NCBI GenBank assembly: GCA_048941285.1
Contig: JBHLNS010000051.1
Location: 1 to 20,695, forward strand
Origin: Promethearchaeota archaeon
Lineage (GTDB): Archaea; Asgardarchaeota; Lokiarchaeia; Sigyniarchaeales; SOKP01
Direction: 5' to 3'
Length of the DNA stretch: 20,695 nucleotides
The translations under genes were made by a program, and so were the position numbers. The notes beneath the pieces are model-generated. The model worked only from the letters and a program-made list of their open reading frames with translations, had not been told where the DNA came from and searched no databases. This document shows, in pieces, positions 1-7,765 of the stretch; the stretch's first letter is position 1; the number at the start of each line of letters is the position of its first letter.

Positions 1-2
1 TC

Positions 3-1979
3 GATTATTCTTCATTAAATGATCTCTGGTATAATCCAAAAATAGAGATGTTAATAATTACTCCTGATAATCAAAGTTTTATCGATGCAGTCACCCCTTT
101 GATGAAATGGAAAAATGATAAAGGTGTAAAAACTATTATTTTGAGTAATTTCAGTTTATATAGAGGTATTGATAATGCTGAAAAAATTCGAAATATGATT
201 AAATGGTATTATAATAGAGAAAATATAAGGTGGGTTCTTTTAGCTGGAGATATTGATAATGCTCAAGGGGAATTAATTCCAATTAGGAAAGTATATAATC
301 CTGATGTATCAAGGTGGGGGGAGGGAAGAACTGAAACAGTTGGTGGGGAGTCATATAAGCCAACAGATTACTATTATGCAGATCTTAACGGTACTTGGAA
401 CAGTGACGGTGATGGGAATTGGGGCGAGAGTCCAGTTAATCCAGATAATCCAGATGATCCGGATAATGCATATGGAGTAGATGAAATTTCTTGGGATCCA
501 GAAGTTTATGTAGGGAGATTTCCTGCAAATACCCCTCAGGAACTTGAAATTATGGTAAATAAAACACTGAAATATGAGAAAGAACCGTTGATTGGAAATT
601 GGATGAATAGTATGTTATTAGCAGGAGGAATATCTGATTATCCGAGTGGTTCTGATCCTAATGGAGAATACGAAAGTCGCTTAACAAGTTTTATAATAGA
701 AAATTATGCTAAATATGAACTAAACTATACCCATTTAGTAGAAGAAGCAGGCAATCTTACGCAAGTAAACCTTAGAAATAATTTTAATAATGGATATTCT
801 ACAGTTTTAATGGCAGGCCATGGTATTCCAACAGCTTATTACAGAAATCCCTCTGCAGTTGGTTATCGCTCATCAGATGCTAGTATTAGTATGAATGATC
901 ACATGCCTTCTTTAGTGTATTTGGATGCTTGTTCAACGTCGAGTTATGATTATAGTGATGGTAGTATTGGTGAAGTCTTAATAAAAAAAGATAATGGTGG
1001 CGCAATTGGAGCAATTGGAGGATTAAGAGTTACATGGTATTTTGAAGATGACTATGAACTTGAAATGTTGAATCGCGGAAATGCAAAATTGTTCTGGAAA
1101 GAATTTTTTATTAACAAAAAGTTCCAACAAGGAAGGGCTCTCTATGATTCAAAAGTTGCATATATGAATAGTGATTATTATACCAAGAGTTTTGGCTCAA
1201 CAGCATTAGATTTTGAACGAAAACAACTTTTAACTTACTGTCTATTAGGTGATCCTGAGCTTGATATCTATACTAATAAACCAAAGATTGCATTAAATCC
1301 ATTTACCGAAGATGTATATGAAGGGCAATTAGTGTCTACCACAATTAGAGATATAAATGGCAAAGTTGTACCTTATGCTAGAGTCCATATCACATCTTTC
1401 GATGGAAAATATCATACTGCATATGCAGATGTCAATGGTTTAGTAAAATTTCGTGTTCCACTTCAAGCAAATGAGCTATATAATGTGACAATTACAGGAC
1501 ACAATTTAAAACCTTCTTATTTCAATTTTACAGCACTCCCAGATAATGATAAACCGCAGCTATTAGGAGTAGATTATCAACCTAAAAATCCTAAAACTTC
1601 CGTTATAACTACATTCAACATTGAAGCTTATGATAATAAATCAGGTTTGGAAAGTGTATACGTATATTTATCAAAAAATAATTTTACTGACTATACATAT
1701 TATCGATCCTCAAATAAAATTACGGAAAATAAAGATTTATTATCAATTAAAACTGAAAAGCTGACTCCGGGTAAATATTTTTATTTAATTTTCGTAAGAG
1801 ACTATGCCAATAATACGAGTGTTTTCCAAAATTTATCCTTTACTTTAATAATACCAATTCCATTAATGCATTATCTATCAATGATTTCTTTTACTACCAT
1901 TATTGGAGTTATAGGAATATTCGGTTATATTACATATAATAGGTTAAAAAAAAGCGAACGGTTAATTAGAGAGATATGA
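3..1979 (+). CDS. Peptidase C25 (gingipain-family) cysteine protease with C-terminal Ig-like domains and a membrane anchor; 5' truncated by the window edge
   Basis: The frame is open from position 3 (DYSSLNDLWYNPKIEM...), so the true start lies upstream. C25 motifs: WVLLAGD, PTDYYYADL, VYVGRFPA, catalytic His in MAGHG, catalytic Cys in LDACST, and YCLLGDPEL. C-terminal hydrophobic helix (MISFTTIIGVIGIFGYITY) followed by a basic tail. Confidence 0.88.
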   Translation, partial: DYSSLNDLWYNPKIEMLIITPDNQSFIDAVTPLMKWKNDKGVKTIILSNFSLYRGIDNAEKIRNMIKWYYNRENIRWVLLAGDIDNAQGELIPIRKVYNPDVSRWGEGRTETVGGESYKPTDYYYADLNGTWNSDGDGNWGESPVNPDNPDDPDNAYGVDEISWDPEVYVGRFPANTPQELEIMVNKTLKYEKEPLIGNWMNSMLLAGGISDYPSGSDPNGEYESRLTSFIIENYAKYELNYTHLVEEAGNLTQVNLRNNFNNGYSTVLMAGHGIPTAYYRNPSAVGYRSSDASISMNDHMPSLVYLDACSTSSYDYSDGSIGEVLIKKDNGGAIGAIGGLRVTWYFEDDYELEMLNRGNAKLFWKEFFINKKFQQGRALYDSKVAYMNSDYYTKSFGSTALDFERKQLLTYCLLGDPELDIYTNKPKIALNPFTEDVYEGQLVSTTIRDINGKVVPYARVHITSFDGKYHTAYADVNGLVKFRVPLQANELYNVTITGHNLKPSYFNFTALPDNDKPQLLGVDYQPKNPKTSVITTFNIEAYDNKSGLESVYVYLSKNNFTDYTYYRSSNKITENKDLLSIKTEKLTPGKYFYLIFVRDYANNTSVFQNLSFTLIIPIPLMHYLSMISFTTIIGVIGIFGYITYNRLKKSERLIREI

Positions 1980-2003
1980 GGTTTAAAAGTTATATTTTTT
2001 TAT

Positions 2004-2555
2004 TCATTTACGCTTATTTTTATCCTTCTTTAAGTCTAATAAATATAATATAGAACTAATGGTTCCAAATACGCCTTGGATAATTAATGCTAATGATATT
2101 AAAAAAACCGCAATAAAATCATTAAGAATAAATAAAAAAATAAGAATAGATGTTCCAGCAAGAGTAAATTTTAAAAATGAAGATAATTCACTAAATATAA
2201 TTTTCCATGTTTTAGACTTATCTAGTTTCTGTTTAATTTCTTTTTGGTATGCTTCCTCACCGGCTTGTTTTACATACCAACTTCCCTCAATATTATTGGC
2301 AAATAAAAAAAGACTCCACCAGAATATAAAGAAACTTAAATAAAAATCCAATGTACCAAGGATAATTATTGGAATTTGTAAAATTAGCATGCCTTTCCAA
2401 CCTACTCGTCTAGCTATTCTATTAGTCTCTAATTTTAATTCTTTAGTAACATATCTTGTACTTAATATATCAAGGGTTCTACCTATTAAGGTAATAAAAC
2501 CATTCAATAGAAATTGGTACCATTGAGTATCTTGGAAAATTATTTGAAATAACAT
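2004..2555 (-). CDS. Hypothetical integral membrane protein (about 4-5 TM helices)
   Basis: 183-aa ATG ORF with several long hydrophobic stretches. The D-x3-T...E-x-N pattern (LDILSTRYVTKELKLETN) is weakly reminiscent of DUF5658-like proteins. Confidence 0.75.
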   Translation of the reverse strand: MLFQIIFQDTQWYQFLLNGFITLIGRTLDILSTRYVTKELKLETNRIARRVGWKGMLILQIPIIILGTLDFYLSFFIFWWSLFLFANNIEGSWYVKQAGEEAYQKEIKQKLDKSKTWKIIFSELSSFLKFTLAGTSILIFLFILNDFIAVFLISLALIIQGVFGTISSILYLLDLKKDKNKRK

Positions 2556-2730
2556 AAAAACATATATCCTACTTGATTAAACCTTTTAAATTTAATGTTC
2601 TTTATGGAAAAGTTTAATTATTAGCTTTAATTTTTCCTATTTACTTGTAACCATATATAAGTAAGTATTTTCTTATAAAATAACTGGCCTTATAAAATGG
2701 TTCAAAATATAGCTTATAACCACATAAATT

Positions 2731-2747
2731 AGTAGCGACTCGCTACT
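2731..2747 (+). other. Hairpin in the 5' leader of the pre-5S transcript
   Basis: AGTAGCG-ACT-CGCTACT forms a 7-bp perfect stem between the outer stem and the splice-like motif. Confidence 0.7.
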
Positions 2748-2881
2748 GCGCTGGAACCATCCGAACCCGGAAGTTAAACTTGTTTCGCGTTGTAGATAGT
2801 ACTTTAGTTGCGATCTATGGGAAACTACAAACTGTAAGTTTGCTTACGGTCATGGCATACAAGGATAATACCCGGACACGC
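2748..2881 (+). other. Bulge-helix-bulge/loop (BHB/BHL) splicing-endonuclease-type motif formed by the two ends of the permuted 5S gene
   Basis: GCG(2748-50) pairs with CGC(2879-81). The central 4-bp helix is CUGG(2751-54)/CCGG(2872-75). The 3-nt bulge ACA(2876-78) and the opposite AAC(2755-57) both lie 3' of the central helix, as in a canonical BHB. The inner side is an internal loop, so the motif is relaxed. Confidence 0.75.
2757..2877 (+). rRNA. rrf: 5S rRNA gene, circularly permuted (canonical 3' part 2757-2841, then canonical 5' part 2842-2877)
   Basis: Signature CCATCCGAACCCGGAAGTTAA, with loop E AGTAC/GGGAA. All helices pair once reordered. Helix I: CTTACGGT(2843-50)/ACTGTAAG(2831-38). 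Helix II: GC..ACAAG(2855-63)/CTTGT..GC(2779-88). Helix III: CCGG(2872-75)/CCGG(2767-70). Helix V: TTGTAG(2790-95)/CTACAA(2825-30). Helix IV is capped by GCGA. Total length 121 nt. Confidence 0.9.
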
Positions 2882-2990
2882 TTTTTTATGTGGTTATACT
2901 CGATCTACCTTTTTGGAATTATCTAAAATTAAGTTTTTAAGCAATAAATTATATTTTTAATTAATACGGAATAAATCTAACTCTGAAATC

Positions 2991-3533
2991 TTGCCAAAAA
3001 AGTATATTGTTATAATAAAAACAATTGGAAGAAAATGGTTTCTTTTTCTTGTGGCGATTATCTTAATTGTGGCGATTTATAATACAATAGCCGCTATTTG
3101 GATGTCCGGTATAACATTAGTACTATTTCTATTATCCTATATTCCAAGATTATTGTTTAAAAGAAAACTTAATAGATTTTTGAGAAAATACTATAAAATT
3201 GAAGACGAGTTAATTGCAAGAAAATTTAAGAAGCCTTTACAAAAAATACAGGATGACATGTTTGAAGTTTCACAAAAACAAGAAAAAAAAGAATCATTAA
3301 TTGTGTTTTTAAATAAGCAATATATTTTTTATCATGAAAAAACGATCGCGAAATTCAAGGAAGTCTATAACAAAGGGTTTAGTGAAAAAGAAATTCTTGA
3401 TAATTTAAAAGATTTTAAGGTTACAACAAGAGCAGAAATTAAGGCAATTAAAGACACATTGGTAAAGCTTAATCGACTTAGTGAAAGAGAAATTTCCGTA
3501 AAAGAACATAAAGACAAACAGAGATTTTTATAA
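2991..3533 (+). CDS. Hypothetical protein, two N-terminal TM helices plus a basic helical domain
   Basis: 180-aa ORF with a TTG start. Hydrophobic hairpin at about residues 16-55 and a Lys/Glu-rich remainder; no recognised motif. Confidence 0.75.
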   Translation: MPKKYIVIIKTIGRKWFLFLVAIILIVAIYNTIAAIWMSGITLVLFLLSYIPRLLFKRKLNRFLRKYYKIEDELIARKFKKPLQKIQDDMFEVSQKQEKKESLIVFLNKQYIFYHEKTIAKFKEVYNKGFSEKEILDNLKDFKVTTRAEIKAIKDTLVKLNRLSEREISVKEHKDKQRFL

Positions 3534-3554
3534 TTTTTTTGCTAAATTATATAA

Positions 3555-4025
3555 TTAGCGCTTTCTTTTTCTTTTCATTAACTCCAAAAGTTCAATGATT
3601 ATTCCAAAGAATTCTGTTGTATCCATATAAGCAAAAATATGTCGAAGTACTCTACCTGTTTGAATCGGTTTTATACCCATATTATCAAAATCTTTTATTG
3701 ATTGTTCAATATCCTCAACATATATCCCTATATGCTGCAGTCCTTCTTTTCCTTGAGCCAGAAATTCATTATAAATACATTCACCATCTATCAATTGTAT
3801 AAGCTCTATCTGTGTATTCCCAATTCGACTAATTCCAATATCAAGTATTACTTCAGATTCTTTACCATTATATATATAAGAATGACTTTTTGGACCGGAA
3901 AAGATAAAGTTAGGAAGATTAAAAACAGATTTCATTAATCCAGCTTGCTTTTTAATATCATTATATACAAACCCCAATTGATCAATCTTTAGAGCTCCCA
4001 AATCAATTTTGAAATTATTTTCCAT
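3555..4025 (-). CDS. VOC/glyoxalase superfamily protein (methylmalonyl-CoA epimerase-like)
   Basis: Motifs IDQLGFV, QIELIQ, GKEGLQHIGIYVEDI, FAYMDT and IIELLE. Confidence 0.88.
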   Translation of the reverse strand: MENNFKIDLGALKIDQLGFVYNDIKKQAGLMKSVFNLPNFIFSGPKSHSYIYNGKESEVILDIGISRIGNTQIELIQLIDGECIYNEFLAQGKEGLQHIGIYVEDIEQSIKDFDNMGIKPIQTGRVLRHIFAYMDTTEFFGIIIELLELMKRKRKR

Positions 4026-4144
4026 TATAAATCCGTTTAAAAATATATTTATTTTTAATATTGATTTCTAAATATATTTATAGATTTACTAATAGATTGA
4101 ATAGGAGATATAAGAATAAAAAGAAATAAAAAAATTAGATTTAC

Positions 4145-4438
4145 TTAATCAATTTCACCAAAATTTAAATCAAAACTGTAATATTTTCTTATTGGTCGTT
4201 TCACATTCCAAACACATTTTAACCCTTTTTCAAATTGAACAAGGTCACCTTTTTTAAATTCGATTTTCTCTCCAGTATCTGAATCGGTTACCTCTACCTC
4301 TCCATCCAAAATATAACAAGTTTCGGTATCACCATAAGACCAATCAAATTCACTAACTTCTTTACTCCATGTTCCCCATGATTTTATTTTTAATTTGTTT
4401 AATTGTTCCTCAGTTGGAACTTTCTTTTTCATTCTCAA
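4145..4438 (-). CDS. Cupin domain protein (DUF861/Cupin_3-like)
   Basis: Motifs SWGTWSKEVSEFDWSY, ETCYILDGEVEV, FKKGDLVQF and CVWNV...IRKYY. AGGTGA RBS lies 6 nt before the TTG start; an alternative ATG is at 4432. Confidence 0.9.
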   Translation of the reverse strand: MRMKKKVPTEEQLNKLKIKSWGTWSKEVSEFDWSYGDTETCYILDGEVEVTDSDTGEKIEFKKGDLVQFEKGLKCVWNVKRPIRKYYSFDLNFGEID

Positions 4439-4769
4439 TTTTAATCACCTTATATGTATATCAATTAATATTTCTAAAAAAAGACTTGTACTTATTATTA
4501 TACCGAAATTAATAAAATTTATTTTTAAATTCTTTTTTATTGATTTAAATTCGAAAATACAATAAAACAACAAAAACAAAAAATTATTATTCAATTCAAT
4601 TAATTTCAAAATATCGTTTTAAAAAAGAATATTAATAGGTTTTTTGATTATTATTATAACATAAAAATTTAGTAATCTTAATATTAAACTCCAGAAAAGT
4701 AATTTTTAAGACTAATCGCCGAAAAATCAAGAAGAGAATAATCTTATTCAAGTATAAATGTGAAGAATC

Positions 4770-5291
4770 GTGCCAGCTAAGTATATATTAAAAATTCTCA
4801 CAGCAGGAGATGGAGGGGTAGGTAAAACCACACTCTTACGTAGATTCGTTGAAGGAACCTTTAGTGCTGAAACAAAGATGACTATTGGCGTGGAATTCCA
4901 TTTAAAAGAACTTGATCTAGATGGAAAGCATTGCACTCTCCAGCTCTGGGATTTTGGTGGCCAAGAGAGATTTCGTTTCTTATTGGAAAGTTACGTGCTT
5001 GGAGCAAAAGGAGCATTGTTAATGTTTGACCTTACAAGGATAACAACTCTTGAAAATCTTCAGAATTGGATTGATATTGTCAGGAAAGGTGATCCTAATC
5101 TCCCAGTTCTCTTTTTAGGCACGAAATTAGATTTAGAAAATGATATAATGGTTGATGATAATTATGCAATGTCATTTCTTAATGATTTTAATCTGATTGA
5201 TTACTTAAAAATCTCTTCGAAAACGGGTGAAAATGTTAATAGGGCTTTTGATATTTTAACAAAAACTATAATAGATAAGCAATCTACTTGA
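4770..5291 (+). CDS. Rab-like small GTPase (Ras superfamily)
   Basis: G1 GDGGVGKT, G2 TIGVEF, G3 WDFGGQE, G4 variant TKLD, G5 SSK. GTG start; no C-terminal prenylation Cys. Confidence 0.93.
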   Translation: MPAKYILKILTAGDGGVGKTTLLRRFVEGTFSAETKMTIGVEFHLKELDLDGKHCTLQLWDFGGQERFRFLLESYVLGAKGALLMFDLTRITTLENLQNWIDIVRKGDPNLPVLFLGTKLDLENDIMVDDNYAMSFLNDFNLIDYLKISSKTGENVNRAFDILTKTIIDKQST

Positions 5292-5770
5292 AATTTATCC
5301 ATTATGATACAGATTTAATTCTAAAATTGAACCCCAATTTAAAAATAGTAATAATCGATTCTAATTTCATCTTACTCCCTTTTCAGTTTAAAATTGATTA
5401 TTTTAATGAAATTCGTTCGATTCTTGAAGGTTCTTTAAGATTTATAATATTTCAACAAATATTAAACGAATTAGAATCAAAAAAAAGACGAGAATCAAAT
5501 TCTATTAATTTTTCAATACTATTAGAATCAGGTTTGCTCTATGTAGAAAATAATAGAAGTAAATATGATATACAAGTTTTGGATGATGTTAAAAATAAGA
5601 ATGAAACGACTGATGCTTTTTTATTAAAGAAGTTATTAGACTTTAAAGATCAAGGCAATATAGTATTTCTAGCAACAAACGATTCAGCTTTACGTAAGAA
5701 GGCAAAAATAAACCATATTAGTACAATTTTTCTAAGACAGAAAAAATATTTGTCAATTGAAAGGACTTAA
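5288..5770 (+). CDS. PIN-domain ribonuclease, Fcf1/Utp24-like archaeal family
   Basis: Motifs VIIDSNF, ILNEL, TDAFLL, LATNDSALRKKA and IFLRQKKYL supply the conserved PIN acidic residues. The TTG start overlaps the GTPase stop (TTGA); the start could be slightly later. Confidence 0.85.
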   Translation: MKFIHYDTDLILKLNPNLKIVIIDSNFILLPFQFKIDYFNEIRSILEGSLRFIIFQQILNELESKKRRESNSINFSILLESGLLYVENNRSKYDIQVLDDVKNKNETTDAFLLKKLLDFKDQGNIVFLATNDSALRKKAKINHISTIFLRQKKYLSIERT

Positions 5771-5879
5771 AAAAATATTAATAAAACTATAATATAATGA
5801 TTGCATTTTTAAATATAATCCTAATTTTAAAATCCTAATAAAACTGCTACTTTTATTAATAAATTCCTCTTCTAAGTGT

Positions 5880-6416
5880 ATGATTATGTACAAATCTCAA
5901 AAATCGAAGTCGATCTTACTCAAGGTCATCACTTGTGGTGAAGGTGGAGTGGGTAAAACTACACTTCTTTTTAGGTACATAGAAGGGAGATTTCTCACTG
6001 AAACTTTGATGACTATTGGCGTGCAATTTCACTTGAAAGAACTTGAGATAGAAGGGAAAAAAATTTTACTTCAGGTATGGGATTTTGGAGGACAGGAACA
6101 TTTTAGACCTCTATTAAAGAGTTATGCGAGAGGTGCGAGAGGTGCTCTATTACTTTTTGATCTCACCAGACCATCAAGTTTAGATCGAATAAATCAATGG
6201 GTAAACATTTGTAGAGAAGATAATCCTGATAATCCTATCCTATTCATAGGAACAAAATTAGACTTGAAAGACCAAATCACAATTGAGGATGAGATTGCAT
6301 TACAACTTAAGAAGGAGTTTGGTTTTTTTGATTATTTAAAAGTATCATCAAAAACTGGGGAGAATGTCCATTTGGCTTTTGAGTTATTAGCAAGAGAACT
6401 TGTAAAAAAAATTTAA
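5880..6416 (+). CDS. Rab-like small GTPase, paralog of 4770-5291
   Basis: G1 GEGGVGKT, G2 TIGVQF, G3 WDFGGQE, G4 TKLD, G5 SSK. Confidence 0.93.
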   Translation: MIMYKSQKSKSILLKVITCGEGGVGKTTLLFRYIEGRFLTETLMTIGVQFHLKELEIEGKKILLQVWDFGGQEHFRPLLKSYARGARGALLLFDLTRPSSLDRINQWVNICREDNPDNPILFIGTKLDLKDQITIEDEIALQLKKEFGFFDYLKVSSKTGENVHLAFELLARELVKKI

Positions 6417-6443
6417 ATCCTTAAAATCTTAATAATTACATAC

Positions 6444-7631
6444 TCATATTCTCTTATATATAATATTCTTAATCTGTTCTTTAGTTAACTCAACCGGATT
6501 GTTTTTTAATCCTGCATTTTCTACAATTTTATCAGCATACTTTTTTTCAACACCATATCTTCCTAAAGTGTCTATTTCTAGAATTTTAGTCCATTTTTCT
6601 AGCATATTTATTAATTTAAGACAATATTCATGGATCATAATTTCTTCTACACACTGTTCTCCTATTAATAATGCCCCTATTTGAGCATACTTTTTTAATC
6701 CTAACTTTCCTTCTAGTCCTTTTTTTTCTAAAGTTTCAATATTCACCTTAGTTGCTTCAGCAAGAAGAGTACCGCAAATAACGCCATGAGGGATATTAAA
6801 ATATCCACCTATTGGAGAAGCTAGGCCATGTACAATCCCTAGACCTGCATTAGCAAGCACAATTCCGGACATTAATGAACCATACGCCATACATGCCCGC
6901 ACATTTACATTAGATGCTTCAGTAGAACATGCGCGTAGGATATTTTCACCAATGTGCTTCATTCCACTATACGCTAATGCATCTGTAATAGGATTCGCTT
7001 TTGCAGAAACATATGCTTCAAGCAGCTGTGTGAAAGCATCCATTCCACAAGCCGCTGAAATCGATCGTGGACAAGAAATCATTAGTTCAGGGTCTATAAT
7101 TGATATATTTGGGATTAAGTTATCATGACGAAGTGATTTTTTAAAACCTTCAGAGCCAAGCTCACTAATTACTGCGTTTTTTGTTGCTTCACTTCCAGTC
7201 CCAGATGTTGTAGGGATTGCAATATATGGTATTTTCTTACCATCATGAATCTTATTGCCAACGCCCTCAAGATAATTTTTAACTGAATCATCTTTTGTTA
7301 GCATAGCAGAAATCGCTTTCCCTGCGTCGGTAACGCTACCTCCACCTATACCGATAATTAGATTGAGATTTTTATCTCTATGTTCTGATACAATATTATC
7401 GATAACAGTCGGTGATGGTTCTCCACCAATAGATACAGAATAAAAATTAATTGATTTCTTTTCAAGATTAGTTCTTATTTCATTCCATTTGCCTGATTGT
7501 TTTAATGAATTACCTCCGATAACAAACAATATATTATTTCCGAATTTTGGAATGATATTATAAAGTTCAATCAGCTTACCAGTGCCAAAAATGATATACG
7601 GAATACTTGCAAAACTGAAAGGAAGAATCAT
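6444..7631 (-). CDS. Iron-containing (group III) alcohol dehydrogenase
   Basis: Motifs GGGSVTDAGK, PTTSGTGSEAT, IIDPEL, GMDAFTQLLEAY, GLGIVHGLA and PHG. Confidence 0.93.
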   Translation of the reverse strand: MILPFSFASIPYIIFGTGKLIELYNIIPKFGNNILFVIGGNSLKQSGKWNEIRTNLEKKSINFYSVSIGGEPSPTVIDNIVSEHRDKNLNLIIGIGGGSVTDAGKAISAMLTKDDSVKNYLEGVGNKIHDGKKIPYIAIPTTSGTGSEATKNAVISELGSEGFKKSLRHDNLIPNISIIDPELMISCPRSISAACGMDAFTQLLEAYVSAKANPITDALAYSGMKHIGENILRACSTEASNVNVRACMAYGSLMSGIVLANAGLGIVHGLASPIGGYFNIPHGVICGTLLAEATKVNIETLEKKGLEGKLGLKKYAQIGALLIGEQCVEEIMIHEYCLKLINMLEKWTKILEIDTLGRYGVEKKYADKIVENAGLKNNPVELTKEQIKNIIYKRI

Positions 7632-7765
7632 AAAATTTACCTTTTATTTTATACAAAATCGCAAGAAATATTATACTAAATTATGAATCTCTTTATAATA
7701 GGTAAGATTTATAATTTACTCTAGATAATTTGTTTTATAACATAAATACACCTTGGTGATGTACA

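Larger units (their letters stand above)
2715..2898 (+). repeat. 14-bp perfect inverted repeat enclosing the permuted 5S rRNA gene (putative processing stem)
   Basis: TATAACCACATAAA at 2715-2728 and its exact reverse complement TTTATGTGGTTATA at 2885-2898. Confidence 0.92.

Noticed and set aside
2059-2343. 94-aa plus-strand ORF
   Set aside because: Antisense shadow of the membrane protein gene; no motifs.
2672-2698. Two CTTATAAAAT copies as the TATA box of the 5S gene
   Set aside because: Plausible, but TATA-like words are everywhere in this AT-rich DNA and I cannot choose between them without TSS data.
2757-2841. Reading the locus as a 5'-truncated 5S pseudogene
   Set aside because: The missing 5' part is present immediately downstream, pairs correctly with the 3' part, and the unit is framed by a processing-type stem and a BHB-like motif.
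2731-2880. Possible tRNA or CRISPR repeat in the GC-richer intergenic island
   Set aside because: No cloverleaf or TTCRA T-loop and no repeat-spacer periodicity; 5S signatures explain the island.
2715-2898. The 14-bp inverted repeat as MITE/IS terminal repeats
   Set aside because: There is no convincing target-site duplication, no transposase and no second copy in the window. The interior is fully explained as 5S rRNA plus leader.
3555-3580. KRKRKR tail of the VOC protein as an NLS-like signal
   Set aside because: Short basic C-termini are common in AT-rich genomes; there is no supporting evidence.
3617-3938. 61-aa and 78-aa plus-strand ORFs
   Set aside because: Antisense to the well-supported VOC gene.
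4439-4769. 330-bp AT-rich intergenic region as a possible ncRNA or origin
   Set aside because: No GC-rich stems, repeats or ORB-like boxes seen; consistent with a divergent promoter region.
4748-4936. 62-aa minus-strand ORF
   Set aside because: Antisense to the GTPase gene.
6499-6684. 61-aa plus-strand ORF
   Set aside because: Antisense to the alcohol dehydrogenase gene.
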